Made by a program: the position numbers and the translations under genes | Shown: positions 49,019-59,362 of the stretch, one piece after another | Layout: each line of letters opens with the position of its first letter | Position numbering within the stretch: position 1 is the first letter of the stretch | Notes under the pieces: model-generated | What the model was told of the DNA's origin: nothing | Databases searched by the model: none | The model's input: the letters and a program-made list of their open reading frames with translations, nothing else | NCBI GenBank assembly: GCA_947373745.1 | Contig: CANBZB010000001.1 | Coordinates: 2,230-66,229 of the forward strand | Reading direction: 5' to 3' | DNA from: Burkholderiales bacterium | GTDB taxonomy: Bacteria > Pseudomonadota > Gammaproteobacteria > Burkholderiales > Burkholderiaceae_C | DNA: 64,000 nt

Positions 49019-50319
49019 GATTGACCTAAAGTAGCAAAGACCTCAGAAGCCGCTTGTACGGTTTCTGCAATATCGGCCTCGCTGTGCGCTGCGCTGACAA
49101 AACCTGCTTCATACAAAGCAGGCGCAATATAGACGCCACGATCTAGCAAGCCATGGAAGAGCTTGTTAAACCGCGGGCTGTCGCTCGTCATCACCTTGGC
49201 GTAGTTTTGTGGCAACTCAGGCAATAAAAAGAATCCAAACATACCGCCTTGGCAGTCTGCGCTAAATGGTATGCCGGCCTTCTTGGCGGCTGCACTCAAA
49301 CCATCGACCAAGCTTTGGGTGCGTTTGGACAAAGCGTCCCAAAAACCAGGTTTACAAAGTTCATTCAAGGTGGCCAGTCCGCAGGCGGTAGCCACTGGGT
49401 TGCCACTCAAAGTACCTGCTTGGTACACAGGGCCTGTGGGTGCGAGTTGTTGCATGATTTCGCGCGGTCCGCCAAATGCCGCTAGTGGCATGCCGCCGCC
49501 AATCACTTTGCCTAGCACCGTCATATCGGGTTTGAAGCCAGGGATTGCTTTGGCATAGACACTTTGTGCGCTGCCCAAAGCTACGCGAAAGCCGGTCATG
49601 ACTTCGTCAAATACTAGTAAGGCGCCGTATTGGGTGCACAGCTCGCGACAACGCTTCATAAACGGCACGCTGGCGCGCACAAAGTTCATATTGCCAGCGA
49701 TGGGTTCGATCATCAAACATGCGAGTTCTTTGCCGTGCAACGCAAATGCTTCTTCGAGCTGGGGAATATTGTTGTATTCCAAGACCAAAGTGTGTTGCAC
49801 GACTTCTGGGGGCACGCCCGCGCTGGTGGGGTTGCCGAATGTGGCGAGGCCCGAGCCTGCTTTGACCAACAGCGCATCGGCGTGGCCGTGGTAGCAGCCT
49901 TCAAATTTGATGATCTTGCTGCGCCCTGTCGCGCCGCGGGCTAAGCGCAATGCGCTCATGCCTGCTTCGGTGCCAGAGCTGACCAAACGCACCATGTCCA
50001 TGGAGGGCACTTGCGCCAATATGGCTTCGGCCAATTCAATTTCGCGCTCTGTTGGGGCGCCAAATGAAAAGCCATCGACGGCTGCTTTTTGAACCGCTTC
50101 CAAAACTGCAGGGTGGCCATGTCCCAAAATCATCGGACCCCATGAGCCGATGTAATCGATATAGCGTTTGCCGTTGGCGTCCCAAAAATAAGCGCCTTGC
50201 GCGCGTTGCACAAAACGCGGGGTGCCACCAACTGCACGAAATGCGCGCACGGGCGAGTTGACGCCACCAGGAATGACTTTGGCGGCGCGTTCAAATAAGG
50301 TTTGGTTAAGGTCTGTCAT
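49015..50319 (-). CDS. hemL: Glutamate-1-semialdehyde 2,1-aminomutase
   Basis: [36 protein letters not shown]. Confidence 0.98.
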   Translation of the reverse strand: MTDLNQTLFERAAKVIPGGVNSPVRAFRAVGGTPRFVQRAQGAYFWDANGKRYIDYIGSWGPMILGHGHPAVLEAVQKAAVDGFSFGAPTEREIELAEAILAQVPSMDMVRLVSSGTEAGMSALRLARGATGRSKIIKFEGCYHGHADALLVKAGSGLATFGNPTSAGVPPEVVQHTLVLEYNNIPQLEEAFALHGKELACLMIEPIAGNMNFVRASVPFMKRCRELCTQYGALLVFDEVMTGFRVALGSAQSVYAKAIPGFKPDMTVLGKVIGGGMPLAAFGGPREIMQQLAPTGPVYQAGTLSGNPVATACGLATLNELCKPGFWDALSKRTQSLVDGLSAAAKKAGIPFSADCQGGMFGFFLLPELPQNYAKVMTSDSPRFNKLFHGLLDRGVYIAPALYEAGFVSAAHSEADIAETVQAASEVFATLGQS

Positions 50320-50331
50320 AGCGGTTTTGTC

Positions 50332-51273
50332 TCAATGCTTGGTTTCATGACGGGGGAGGGAGAAATCTTCGGCGGTGGCCATGCGGTCATCGCTGTCTGC
50401 GGGGGGTTCGGTGCCATCTTCGAGTTCAGCCCAAAACAAACGGTCGGGCAAGATGTGGCCCATGCCTGGTCGGTAACCACTGTTGAGGCATTGGTCTAAA
50501 AACGCCAAGCCTTCGCGGGTGGCAGCTTCTAGATCGGTACCAGATGCGAGCAAGGCTGCCAAAGTTGCGCTTAACGTGTCGCCTGCACCAGAGAAAACAG
50601 CGTCAAACCGTTCGAACTTCTCGGTTACCAGAACGGTGTGCGGTGTGGCCAACACATTTTCTACTTGCTGGTCGGGGTGGCTGATGCCAGTAACTAATAC
50701 ATAAGGTACGCCCACTTCAGCGGCGGCGCGCGCCAAGTCGCGTGGGCCAGGGCTTTTCTCGTTACTCCAATCGGGCAGTAACCAGCGCCACAAAGTGTTG
50801 TGGTTGCCGACCAACAACGTGGTTTGCGGCAAGATCAATTCGCGAAACGCGTCTAAGTAGGTGTCGATAGCTTCGTCACTCCACCAAGACAAATTAGGCA
50901 TATAGGCCACCACAGGCACTTCTGCGTAGTCGGTTGCCACTTCGGCAATGACGCTGAGGTTTTCTGGGTTGCCACAAAAACCGACTTTGATGACTTGCAC
51001 ACTCACGTCTTCCAGCACGCTACGCGCTTGTTCTGCCACGGCTTCTTCGTCAAACGCTACGTGGTCAAAGATTTCGGCTGTATCGCGCATGTAGGCACCT
51101 GTGACGACGGGTAAGGCGTGTGCCCCGACCGAAGCACTGGCCAAAACGTCCGCACCAATTCCACCCGCACCGCTCGGATCGTTGGCGTTGAAGATCAACA
51201 CGCAAGGAGGCGCCGCTGAACTCTCATCGCTGAGGTCGTGGGGGTGGAGGGCGGGGGTGTTTTCTGAAGACAT
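50332..51273 (-). CDS. thiD: Hydroxymethylpyrimidine/phosphomethylpyrimidine kinase-like protein
   Basis: NDPSGAGGIGAD, GAGDTLSA; between hemL and rubredoxin. Confidence 0.8.
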   Translation of the reverse strand: MSSENTPALHPHDLSDESSAAPPCVLIFNANDPSGAGGIGADVLASASVGAHALPVVTGAYMRDTAEIFDHVAFDEEAVAEQARSVLEDVSVQVIKVGFCGNPENLSVIAEVATDYAEVPVVAYMPNLSWWSDEAIDTYLDAFRELILPQTTLLVGNHNTLWRWLLPDWSNEKSPGPRDLARAAAEVGVPYVLVTGISHPDQQVENVLATPHTVLVTEKFERFDAVFSGAGDTLSATLAALLASGTDLEAATREGLAFLDQCLNSGYRPGMGHILPDRLFWAELEDGTEPPADSDDRMATAEDFSLPRHETKH

Positions 51274-51324
51274 GGGGCGGTCGATACAATGCAATTCATT
51301 CTATGCGTTGAAGAAAGCAGTGCC

Positions 51325-51492
51325 GTGGCAAAAACTTGGATGTGTCTCATTTGTGGTTGGATTTATGACGAAGCTGCGGGAGATCCCGAGCACGGTATTG
51401 CCCCAGGAACCCCTTGGGACCAAGTGCCGATGAACTGGACGTGTCCCGAATGCGCGGCCCGCAAAGAAGACTTTGAAATGGTGCAAATCTAA
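51325..51492 (+). CDS. Rubredoxin
   Basis: CLICGWIYDEAAG...WTCPEC; GTG start inferred. Confidence 0.95.
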   Translation: MAKTWMCLICGWIYDEAAGDPEHGIAPGTPWDQVPMNWTCPECAARKEDFEMVQI

Positions 51493-51506
51493 GGCGCCGC
51501 CCAAAT

Positions 51507-52154
51507 ATGCAAGTTCGCCATGCATTTGAATCTCCAATGCTGGCCTTGCTGCGCCACCGGCCGCAAATCTATTTGCCTGCGGCACAACAGTTGTTGGCCC
51601 TGTGTCAACACCAAATGGCGCAAGAAACTTTCCCCGGTTGGATGACGTTTTGGTCTTTGGCCGCACATTACTTCAGCGGCCTGTGCCAAGCCAGTGACCG
51701 CGAACTTACCTTGCAAGAAGTCAGCGCTTCCAGCCAAATCATGAGCGGCTTGTTGTTACGCCAAAGCTTTGATCCTGGCCAAGAAACGTCGCTCGAAGGC
51801 TTGGACTTGATCAACCATCTCTTGTTTTTAGAACAAGCCGATGTGATTACCCAGCGCTTGGTCGGCATCTTGGATGAATGCTCGCAAGAACAACAACCCC
51901 AAGTGCCTGAGGCCTTGCAATTGGACGCCCACCATATGGCCCAGTTGGCGCAAGAGGTGTCTTTGAGTTCGGTGCACCAAGTGGCGGACGCGTTGGCTTC
52001 GCAGCTCGCCAGACTGCGCACCACGCGCATCGTCTCCGATATCCAAACCAGCTTACAAGGCGCCCAAGAAGTCAGCCGCCTGTTGCACCAATTCGCTGTG
52101 GGCAATGTGCGGGCACCGCAAGAGTCTGTGCTGGCCGCTTTGCGCGGCGATTAA
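51507..52154 (+). CDS. Hypothetical helical protein resembling fused ChpA/PilL fragments (Hpt-like)
   Basis: FWSLAAHYF, HLLFLEQA, DAHHMA, RLLHQFAVG resemble recalled ChpA segments; no kinase domain. Confidence 0.5.
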   Translation: MQVRHAFESPMLALLRHRPQIYLPAAQQLLALCQHQMAQETFPGWMTFWSLAAHYFSGLCQASDRELTLQEVSASSQIMSGLLLRQSFDPGQETSLEGLDLINHLLFLEQADVITQRLVGILDECSQEQQPQVPEALQLDAHHMAQLAQEVSLSSVHQVADALASQLARLRTTRIVSDIQTSLQGAQEVSRLLHQFAVGNVRAPQESVLAALRGD

Positions 52155-53638
52155 GCCGTTTTTTTCACGACCGCATAACGCGCCAAGGTCTCAGCTCGGG
52201 CTTGGGCGTGGTCGACGATAGGCTCTGGGTAGTTTTTTCCAATTTCCACACCGGCGGCTTGCAATGCGATGGGCTTGGCTAGCCATGGCGCATGGATATC
52301 TTTGTTGTTGAGCCCTGCCAAGGCGGGCACATAGCGGCGGATAAATTTACCTTCGGCATCAAACTTTTCGCTTTGGCTGGTCGGGTTGAAGATGCGAAAG
52401 TAGGGCTGTGCATCGCAGCCACTAGAACTCGCCCATTGCCAACCACCGTTGTTAGCGGCCAAATCAAAGTCGTTCAAGTGCATCGCGAAGTACTGTTCGC
52501 CCCAGCGCCAATCAATCCCTAAGTCTTTCACCAAAAAGCTCGCCACGACCATACGCAAGCGGTTGTGCATATAGCCCGTCTGGTTGATCTGGGCCATGGC
52601 GGCGTCGACCAGCGGATATCCGGTGCGGCCTTCGCACCACGCAGCAAAACGTTGCTTGGCCAACTTACCGTGTTCCCAGGCTATAGCGTCGTATTCGCGC
52701 TTAAAAGCAGACTTCACGACATGCGGATGGTGGTGCAAGATCTGGTGATAAAACTCCCGCCAAATCAATTCCGACAGCCACACTTCTGCACCTTTGGAGC
52801 CAGCCAACATGCGTTGGTGTCCCACGCCCGCCAGTTCGCGGATAGAGACAGTGCCAAAGCGCAAATGCACGCCTAAATAGCTGGGGCCTTTGACGGCAGG
52901 AAAGTTGCGGGCTTCGTCGTAACGGTCCATGCGGTCAAAAAAATCTTCAAACAACATCTGACCGCCGGCGCTGCCAGTGGGAACTGCCAACTGCTTTAAG
53001 TTGGTTGTCTCAAAACCAATGTCTGCCAAGCTGGGTACAGGAAGTTGCAAATGCTTAGGCCGAGGTGCCAAGGCCTTGGCTAGTGTTTGTATGGCGTAGC
53101 TCTCTAAATGCGCAGGCGTCAACTTTTGCAACCAAGCATTTTTATAAGGGGTGAAAACTCCGTAGGGCTTGCCCATTTGGGTCAGTACTTCGCTGCGCTC
53201 AAAAATCACATGGTCTTTGTAGGTTTGTAAGCCGATGCCTGCATCAGCCAGGGCACCACGCACTTTGGCATCGCGTTCAATGGCGGCGGGCTCATAGTCG
53301 TGGTTGGCAAATACTTCTTGCACATGGAGTTCTTGGGCGAGGCGGGCGATTTCTTCCACCGCTTTGCCATGACGCACGATCAAACCAACGCCTTGTTGGG
53401 TGCAGAGGGCTTGTAAGTCCGCGTCCAAAGCCACCAAGGACTCGCGGATGAACTCCACGCGGCGGTCTGCTTTGGGCAAAGGCCCCAAGATATCGCTGTC
53501 AAACACAAATACGCAGTGCACTTGCTTGCATTGGCTCAAGGCGTGGTGCAGGGCAGCGTTGTCAAAAGCGCGCAGGTCGCGCCGAAACCACATCAGGCCA
53601 GCGTCAACTTGCTGGGTGGGGTGTGGGGAGCGGGTCAT
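52151..53638 (-). CDS. phrB: Deoxyribodipyrimidine photolyase (cryptochrome/photolyase family)
   Basis: WFRRDLRAFDN, ELIWREFY, TGYPLVDAAM, MHNRLRM, NNGGWQW. Confidence 0.93.
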   Translation of the reverse strand: MTRSPHPTQQVDAGLMWFRRDLRAFDNAALHHALSQCKQVHCVFVFDSDILGPLPKADRRVEFIRESLVALDADLQALCTQQGVGLIVRHGKAVEEIARLAQELHVQEVFANHDYEPAAIERDAKVRGALADAGIGLQTYKDHVIFERSEVLTQMGKPYGVFTPYKNAWLQKLTPAHLESYAIQTLAKALAPRPKHLQLPVPSLADIGFETTNLKQLAVPTGSAGGQMLFEDFFDRMDRYDEARNFPAVKGPSYLGVHLRFGTVSIRELAGVGHQRMLAGSKGAEVWLSELIWREFYHQILHHHPHVVKSAFKREYDAIAWEHGKLAKQRFAAWCEGRTGYPLVDAAMAQINQTGYMHNRLRMVVASFLVKDLGIDWRWGEQYFAMHLNDFDLAANNGGWQWASSSGCDAQPYFRIFNPTSQSEKFDAEGKFIRRYVPALAGLNNKDIHAPWLAKPIALQAAGVEIGKNYPEPIVDHAQARAETLARYAVVKKTA

Positions 53639-53660
53639 GTTCAGCCTTTAAAATCACGGT

Positions 53661-54362
53661 ATGACCGCAGATTCTGCCTCCATCAACCTGACGCATCACT
53701 TTTTGATCGCAATGCCCGGGCTGGAGGACGCGTCTTTTGCCAAAAGCGTGGTCTATTTGTGCGAACACAGCGAGCGCGGCGCCTTAGGTTTGGTGATCAA
53801 CAAGCCCAGCGACTTGTCGATGCGCAGCTTGTTTGAAAAAGTCGAACTCCCCCTGCACCGAGAAGATTTGGTGGACGCGCCTGTATTAAAGGGTGGTCCC
53901 GTGCATACCGAACGCGGCTTTGTGCTGCACGAGGCCATGTTTGCCGATCCACAAAGCGGCTCTTTCCCCCTGCAAGACGGTGCGAACCCAGTGCAAGGTA
54001 CTTTGGATCTTGGCCTGACCGGTCCTGGAGGTTCAGCCAAAGATGCAGTCAACCCTTTAAAGACCGAGTCGGTCTACGCCTCCACCATGATGATTCCCGG
54101 CGGCTTGGAGATGACGACATCCAAAGATGTTTTAGAAGCCCTCTCCACCGGCGCCGGTCCGCGCAATGTGTTGATTTCGCTAGGCTACTCGGCTTGGGGC
54201 GAAGGCCAGTTGGAGTCTGAGTTGGCTGAGAACAGTTGGCTCACAGTCGGTGCCGATGCCGAAGTTATTTTTAACACCCCCATCGAAGAGCGCTACGAGC
54301 GTGCGATGGGATTGTTGGGTTTGCAGTCTTGGATGCTGTCCTCCGAGGCGGGCCACGCATGA
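53661..54362 (+). CDS. yqgE: YqgE/AlgH family protein
   Basis: HFLIAMPGL, GALGLVINKP, GGPV, LGYSAWGEGQLESE. Confidence 0.94.
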   Translation: MTADSASINLTHHFLIAMPGLEDASFAKSVVYLCEHSERGALGLVINKPSDLSMRSLFEKVELPLHREDLVDAPVLKGGPVHTERGFVLHEAMFADPQSGSFPLQDGANPVQGTLDLGLTGPGGSAKDAVNPLKTESVYASTMMIPGGLEMTTSKDVLEALSTGAGPRNVLISLGYSAWGEGQLESELAENSWLTVGADAEVIFNTPIEERYERAMGLLGLQSWMLSSEAGHA

Positions 54363-54775
54363 GCAACGCCACGGCGCTCTCGGTGTCGGCCCAGTTGCAA
54401 TCGTTTTTGGCTTTTGATTTTGGGACCCAACGCACAGGCGTGGCGTTTGGTAGCCGCGTATTGCGCCAAGCCCAACCTCTTCCTACTGTCAACGCCCAAG
54501 GCGATGCGCGCTGGCGCGAAATCGATGCGCGCATCCAAGAGTGGCAACCCGATGCCTTAGTCATTGGGGTGCCCTTTCACCCCGATGGCGCTGAACACGA
54601 AAACACCTTGCGCGCCCGTAAATTTGGTCGCCAACTGCATGGCAGATTTAATTTGCAGGTGTTCGAAGTCGACGAGCGCTACAGCACCACCGAAGCCTTA
54701 AGCCAAGGCGCTAAAGATGCAGACGCTGCGTCGGCGTGCATCATCTTGAATCAATTTTTTGCGGAGTTGCCATGA
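54359..54775 (+). CDS. ruvX: YqgF/RuvX family nuclease
   Basis: LAFDFGTQRTGVA, VDERYST, DAASACIIL. Confidence 0.93.
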   Translation: MSNATALSVSAQLQSFLAFDFGTQRTGVAFGSRVLRQAQPLPTVNAQGDARWREIDARIQEWQPDALVIGVPFHPDGAEHENTLRARKFGRQLHGRFNLQVFEVDERYSTTEALSQGAKDADAASACIILNQFFAELP

Positions 54776-55269
54776 GCGGACGCCTATCTTTAGACGCTGA
54801 GAGTCTGTACCAAACCCTGTGCAAGGGGGTAGGCGCTATGTTGACCCCAACGAGTCGGCTTGTGGGTATCACCTCAGGTGGTGCTTGGTTAGCAACCCGC
54901 TTGCAAAAAGACTTGAACCTCTCAGGTGAGGCTGGCAGCATTTCTTCCGCTATGCACCGCGACGACTTTGCCAAGCGCGGTTTGGCAGACGGCGGGCAAA
55001 CCAAACTGCCGTTTGAAGTGAACGGCGCGCATGTGATCGTGCTCGACGATGTGCTCTACACCGGACGCACCATCCGAGCGGTGCTCAATGAACTGTTTGA
55101 CTATGGCCGACCCGCCAGCGTGCAGCTAGCGGTCTTGGTCGACCGTGGTGGGCGCGAGTTGCCTGTGCAAGCCGACTTTGCGGCGGCGCGTATCGCGCTA
55201 GCCCCAGACCAGTTGCTGGCGCTTGCCAAAGCGCCTGATGGACGATTTAGTTTCTCGGTGGAAGGCTGA
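54772..55269 (+). CDS. pyrR: Pyrimidine regulatory protein/uracil phosphoribosyltransferase
   Basis: [23 protein letters not shown]. Confidence 0.93.
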   Translation: MSGRLSLDAESLYQTLCKGVGAMLTPTSRLVGITSGGAWLATRLQKDLNLSGEAGSISSAMHRDDFAKRGLADGGQTKLPFEVNGAHVIVLDDVLYTGRTIRAVLNELFDYGRPASVQLAVLVDRGGRELPVQADFAAARIALAPDQLLALAKAPDGRFSFSVEG

Positions 55270-55270
55270 C

Positions 55271-56233
55271 ATGCTCTACAAGCGTAATCCGCAACTCAAC
55301 AAAAACGGCGAGCTCATCCATTTGCTCTCCACCGAAGGACTGTCGCGCGACATCCTCACCCATATCTTGGACCACGCAGCCAATTTCGTATCGGTCAACG
55401 ACCGCGAAGTTAAAAAAGTCCCTTTGTTGCGCGGCAAAAGCGTTTTCAATCTGTTCTTTGAGAACAGCACGCGAACCCGCACCACGTTTGAGATCGCCGC
55501 CAAGCGTTTGTCGGCTGACGTGTTTAACCTCGACATTGCGCGCTCTTCCGCTAGCAAAGGCGAGTCTTTGCTCGACACCATCGCCAACCTGAGTGCGATG
55601 GCTGCCGATATTTTTGTAGTGCGACACAGCGAGTCAGGCGCACCACATCTCATTTCTGAACATGTCGCACCGCATGTGCATGTGATCAATGCAGGCGACG
55701 GTCGTCATGCACATCCGACGCAGGGCTTGCTCGACATGTACACCATTCGCCACTACAAAAAAGACTTCAGCAATTTGACGGTGGCTATTGTGGGTGACGT
55801 CTTGCACTCACGCGTGGCGCGATCCGACATCCATGCGCTGACCACCTTAGGTTGTGCCGAGGTGCGGGTGGTGGGCCCCAAAACCTTGGTGCCTAACGAT
55901 CTGTCGCAAATGGGTGTGCGTGTGTTCAATACTTTGGAAGAAGGTATCAAAGGCTGCGATGTCATCATCATGTTGCGTTTACAAAACGAACGGATGAGCG
56001 GTGCTTTGCTACCTTCGAGCCAAGAGTATTTCAAGGCCTTCGGTTTGACGCCGCACAAATTACAACTCGCCAAACCTGATGCCATCGTGATGCATCCGGG
56101 CCCGATCAACCGAGGCGTCGAGATTGACTCGGCAGTCGTGGATGGTCCGCAAAGTGTGATCTTGTCGCAAGTCACTTTTGGCATTGCAGTACGTATGGCG
56201 GTGATGTCGATCGTCGCGGGGAATGACGCATGA
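55271..56233 (+). CDS. pyrB: Aspartate carbamoyltransferase catalytic subunit
   Basis: [24 protein letters not shown]. Confidence 0.97.
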   Translation: MLYKRNPQLNKNGELIHLLSTEGLSRDILTHILDHAANFVSVNDREVKKVPLLRGKSVFNLFFENSTRTRTTFEIAAKRLSADVFNLDIARSSASKGESLLDTIANLSAMAADIFVVRHSESGAPHLISEHVAPHVHVINAGDGRHAHPTQGLLDMYTIRHYKKDFSNLTVAIVGDVLHSRVARSDIHALTTLGCAEVRVVGPKTLVPNDLSQMGVRVFNTLEEGIKGCDVIIMLRLQNERMSGALLPSSQEYFKAFGLTPHKLQLAKPDAIVMHPGPINRGVEIDSAVVDGPQSVILSQVTFGIAVRMAVMSIVAGNDA

Positions 56234-57531
56234 AGACACTGATTCAAAACGGACGCGTCATCGACCCGGCTTCGGGCTTGGACGAGTTGGCGGATATTGC
56301 GATCGCTGCCGGGAAAATCCAAGCGATCGTTAAAAAAGGCGAACCGCTTCCAGCTGGCTTTCAAGCAGAAAAAACTTTCGACGCCAAAGGCTGCATCGTG
56401 GCACCCGGCTTGGTGGACTTGCAAGCGCGCTTGCGTGAGCCAGGCTATGAACACGAAGGCATGTTGGAGTCTGAACTCAAAGCGGCGGTTGCAGGCGGCG
56501 TCACGAGTTTGGTGTGTCCTCCAGACACCGATCCCGTCTTAGATGAGCCCGGCTTGGTAGAGATGCTCACCTTCCGCGCAGAAAAACTCCATCGCTCACG
56601 CGTATTTCCATTGGGCGCATTGACGCGCGGCTTGCAAGGCGCGGTGTTGACCGAAATGGCGGAACTCACAGAAGCAGGATGTATTGGTTTTAGTCAAGCA
56701 GAGGTGCCGATTGCTGACACCCAAGTCTTGCAACGCGCACTGCAATATGCATCGACCTATGGCTACACCGTATGGCTGCGCCCACAAGATTTGCATTTGG
56801 GCAAAGGCGTTGCTGCCAGTGGCGCATTGGCCACACGATTGGGGTTGAGCGGTGTGCCTGTAGCGGCGGAGACGATTGCTTTGCACACCATCTTTGCTTT
56901 GATGCGATCGACCCAAGCGCGTGTGCACCTGTGTCGTATCTCCAGTGCAGAAGGCGTCGCTCTAATCCGCGCTGCTAAACAAGAAGGTTTGAAAGTTACT
57001 GCGGATGTGAGTATCAACTCCTTGCATTTGAGCGAACTCGATATTGGCTACTTCGATAGTTGCGCAAGATTGACACCGGTGTTGCGTCAAGCGCGCGATC
57101 GCGATGCATTGCGCGAGGGGTTGAAAGACGGCACCTTAGATGCGTTGGTGTCGGACCATTCGCCAGTCGATGAAGACGCGAAAGCATTGCCGTTTGCCGA
57201 AGCCGAGCCTGGGGCTACAGGCTTGGAGTTATTGCTTAGTCTCGCGCTCAAATGGGCGGATGAAACAGGCGTGCCATTAATGCGAGCTTTAGATGTGGTG
57301 ACAGCGCAACCAGCGCGCATCTTGGGTCAAGACAAAAGCTTTGGCCATTTGCAAGTGGGTGGCGTTGCAGATGTAGTGGTGTTTGATCCACAAGACCCAT
57401 GGCAAGTTACTTCAGAGGGTTTGCACAGCCAAGGTAAACACACGCCGTTTGGTTTTGCACGCAGTGGCATGGCCTTGCCCGGACGTGTCAAAGCCACGTG
57501 GGTGAATGGACATTTGGCTTTCTCAGCCTAA
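56230..57531 (+). CDS. pyrC: Dihydroorotase-like protein (PyrC' type)
   Basis: PGLVDL, AGGVTS, SDHSP; DLQAR in place of the usual His pair suggests the structural pseudo-DHOase type. Confidence 0.88.
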   Translation: MKTLIQNGRVIDPASGLDELADIAIAAGKIQAIVKKGEPLPAGFQAEKTFDAKGCIVAPGLVDLQARLREPGYEHEGMLESELKAAVAGGVTSLVCPPDTDPVLDEPGLVEMLTFRAEKLHRSRVFPLGALTRGLQGAVLTEMAELTEAGCIGFSQAEVPIADTQVLQRALQYASTYGYTVWLRPQDLHLGKGVAASGALATRLGLSGVPVAAETIALHTIFALMRSTQARVHLCRISSAEGVALIRAAKQEGLKVTADVSINSLHLSELDIGYFDSCARLTPVLRQARDRDALREGLKDGTLDALVSDHSPVDEDAKALPFAEAEPGATGLELLLSLALKWADETGVPLMRALDVVTAQPARILGQDKSFGHLQVGGVADVVVFDPQDPWQVTSEGLHSQGKHTPFGFARSGMALPGRVKATWVNGHLAFSA

Positions 57532-57542
57532 GCCTTTGTTAA

Positions 57543-58274
57543 ATGCAGACCCTGCGTGCATTCGTTAAATTTATGCGCATGCTGATGTGGGTGGTGTATG
57601 GCTATTGGCGCATTCGCACGGTATTCCACAAGTTAGAGCCCCAAGACCATGCCACGGCCGTTGAAGAATGGGCCCAAGGCATGTTGTCGATTTTGGGCAT
57701 CACGGTTCGCGTGCAGGGCGAACCCAGCAAGGGGCCGGTATTGATGGCTGCCAACCATATTTCATGGTTAGATATTTTGGTGATGCACGCAGCCTGCCAT
57801 TGCCGCTTTGTTGCGAAGTCTGAAATACGTGCATGGCCTTTGCTAGGTGTGTTGACAGCGGGAGGTGGATCGTTGTTCATAGAGCGCACATCTAACCGCG
57901 ATGCAATGCGTGTGGTGCACCAAATGGCAGACGCATTGTCAAAAGGGCAATTGCTTGCAGTGTTTCCAGAGGGTGGAACAGGTGACGGCAAAACCTTGTT
58001 GCCTTTTCACGGTAACTTGTTGCAAGCGGCTATCGTGGCGCATGCTCCGATTCAACCTATTGGCTTGCAATTTTTAGAGGCCCAAAGCGGTGCGAAAAGT
58101 TTTGCGCCTTGCTACCACGCAAATGACACCCTCTTGGGTTCTGTTTGGCGCACTTTGTGTGCGCCCCCTTTGTTGGCCGTGGTGCATTACGGTACGAATG
58201 AAATGGCGCACGGTCGCAGTCGTCGTGAATGGGCTGTGGATTTGCGCGACAGCATTCACAGCTTGATAGATTAA
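57543..58274 (+). CDS. Lysophospholipid acyltransferase
   Basis: NHISWLD, FVAKSE, FPEG motifs. Confidence 0.92.
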   Translation: MQTLRAFVKFMRMLMWVVYGYWRIRTVFHKLEPQDHATAVEEWAQGMLSILGITVRVQGEPSKGPVLMAANHISWLDILVMHAACHCRFVAKSEIRAWPLLGVLTAGGGSLFIERTSNRDAMRVVHQMADALSKGQLLAVFPEGGTGDGKTLLPFHGNLLQAAIVAHAPIQPIGLQFLEAQSGAKSFAPCYHANDTLLGSVWRTLCAPPLLAVVHYGTNEMAHGRSRREWAVDLRDSIHSLID

Positions 58275-58362
58275 GCTACATGGCCAATTATTCAGCTTTG
58301 GTGGATTGATTTGAATGTCAGTTCAAGCAAATAAACGTTAACGTTGTAGAAATTTCAAGCAT

Positions 58363-58755
58363 ATGGCCACCAAGAAAATTCCAAAAGTAAAGCCCACTAA
58401 GTTCGGCGACAAGACCATTAAGAAGAAAGTCAGTTCTAAAAAATCATCCGATTCTATGGACGCAATGTTTGCGTTAGCAGCTGAAACGTTTCGAGTCATG
58501 TCAGCACCTATGCGACTGAAGATCATCAATTGCTTGTGTGATGAAGAAAAAAATGTTGGGCAACTATTAGAGGAAATAGACACCACCCAGCCCAATATGT
58601 CGCAGCATTTAAATACCCTGTTTAAAGCCAAAATCTTAGGTCGTAGGCGTGAAGGGGTGCAAATTTACTACCGCATCATTAATGAGCGCGTCGTCACTTT
58701 GTGTCGGGCTGTTTGTACGCAGATCGCTATCGATAGTGATATCTCACACCTTTAA
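58363..58755 (+). CDS. ArsR/SmtB-family regulator (SoxR/BigR-like)
   Basis: RLKIINCL, SQHL, IYYRI, C-terminal Cys residues; next to sox genes. Confidence 0.88.
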   Translation: MATKKIPKVKPTKFGDKTIKKKVSSKKSSDSMDAMFALAAETFRVMSAPMRLKIINCLCDEEKNVGQLLEEIDTTQPNMSQHLNTLFKAKILGRRREGVQIYYRIINERVVTLCRAVCTQIAIDSDISHL

Positions 58756-58767
58756 ATATTTCGAGGT

Positions 58768-58797
58768 AAAAAAAAGGCCGCAGTTGCGACCTTTTTT
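58768..58797. terminator. Bidirectional intrinsic terminator
   Basis: AAAAAAAAGGCCGCA-GT-TGCGACCTTTTTT hairpin with A and T tracts between convergent genes. Confidence 0.8.
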
Positions 58798-58810
58798 AAT
58801 TATGTGAGAT

Positions 58811-59242
58811 TTAGGGCTTTAGATAAACATGGCCTTCTTTAGCCTGTAAACGCGCTACCTCAGCTACGCCAGAAGGAACAATTTTGGCCTCCATCGCGAC
58901 TTTACTGGGGTCGATGTTGCGCGTCATCAAGGTGTTGTTACACACACGAAACTGAACACCCTTGGCAGCCAAGTCAGCCACCACACCACTGAATTCACGG
59001 CCTTTGTTATCTTTGGCGCCCTCTAATAGAAAGTCGATACCAGGGCCGTGTGTCACTAGCGTTATTTTGGTTTTAGGGTCTGCATTTAGATGGTTACGGA
59101 CATTGCCCAAAATGGCAGATGCGGTGTTGACATCTGTATTGACGTGGTAGACGACTTTGGTGTCTTGTGCCTGTGCAAATAGGCAAGTAAAAACCATCAA
59201 TACGGGGGCGATAACGTGTAAAAAAACTTTAGATATCTTCAT
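58811..59242 (-). CDS. DsrE-family exported protein
   Basis: KVVYHVN, VTHGPG, FRVCNNTL, VPSGVAEVARLQ; signal peptide. Confidence 0.88.
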   Translation of the reverse strand: MKISKVFLHVIAPVLMVFTCLFAQAQDTKVVYHVNTDVNTASAILGNVRNHLNADPKTKITLVTHGPGIDFLLEGAKDNKGREFSGVVADLAAKGVQFRVCNNTLMTRNIDPSKVAMEAKIVPSGVAEVARLQAKEGHVYLKP

Positions 59243-59362
59243 ATTTTGATGATGCGTCAGGTGACGTAAATTAAAAGCTGTACATAAGCATAGCATCGAT
59301 GATAAGGTTGTCTAACTAGTCGAGAACTAAAAATCCCCGTAAGATTTAAACGTATTCAAGGA

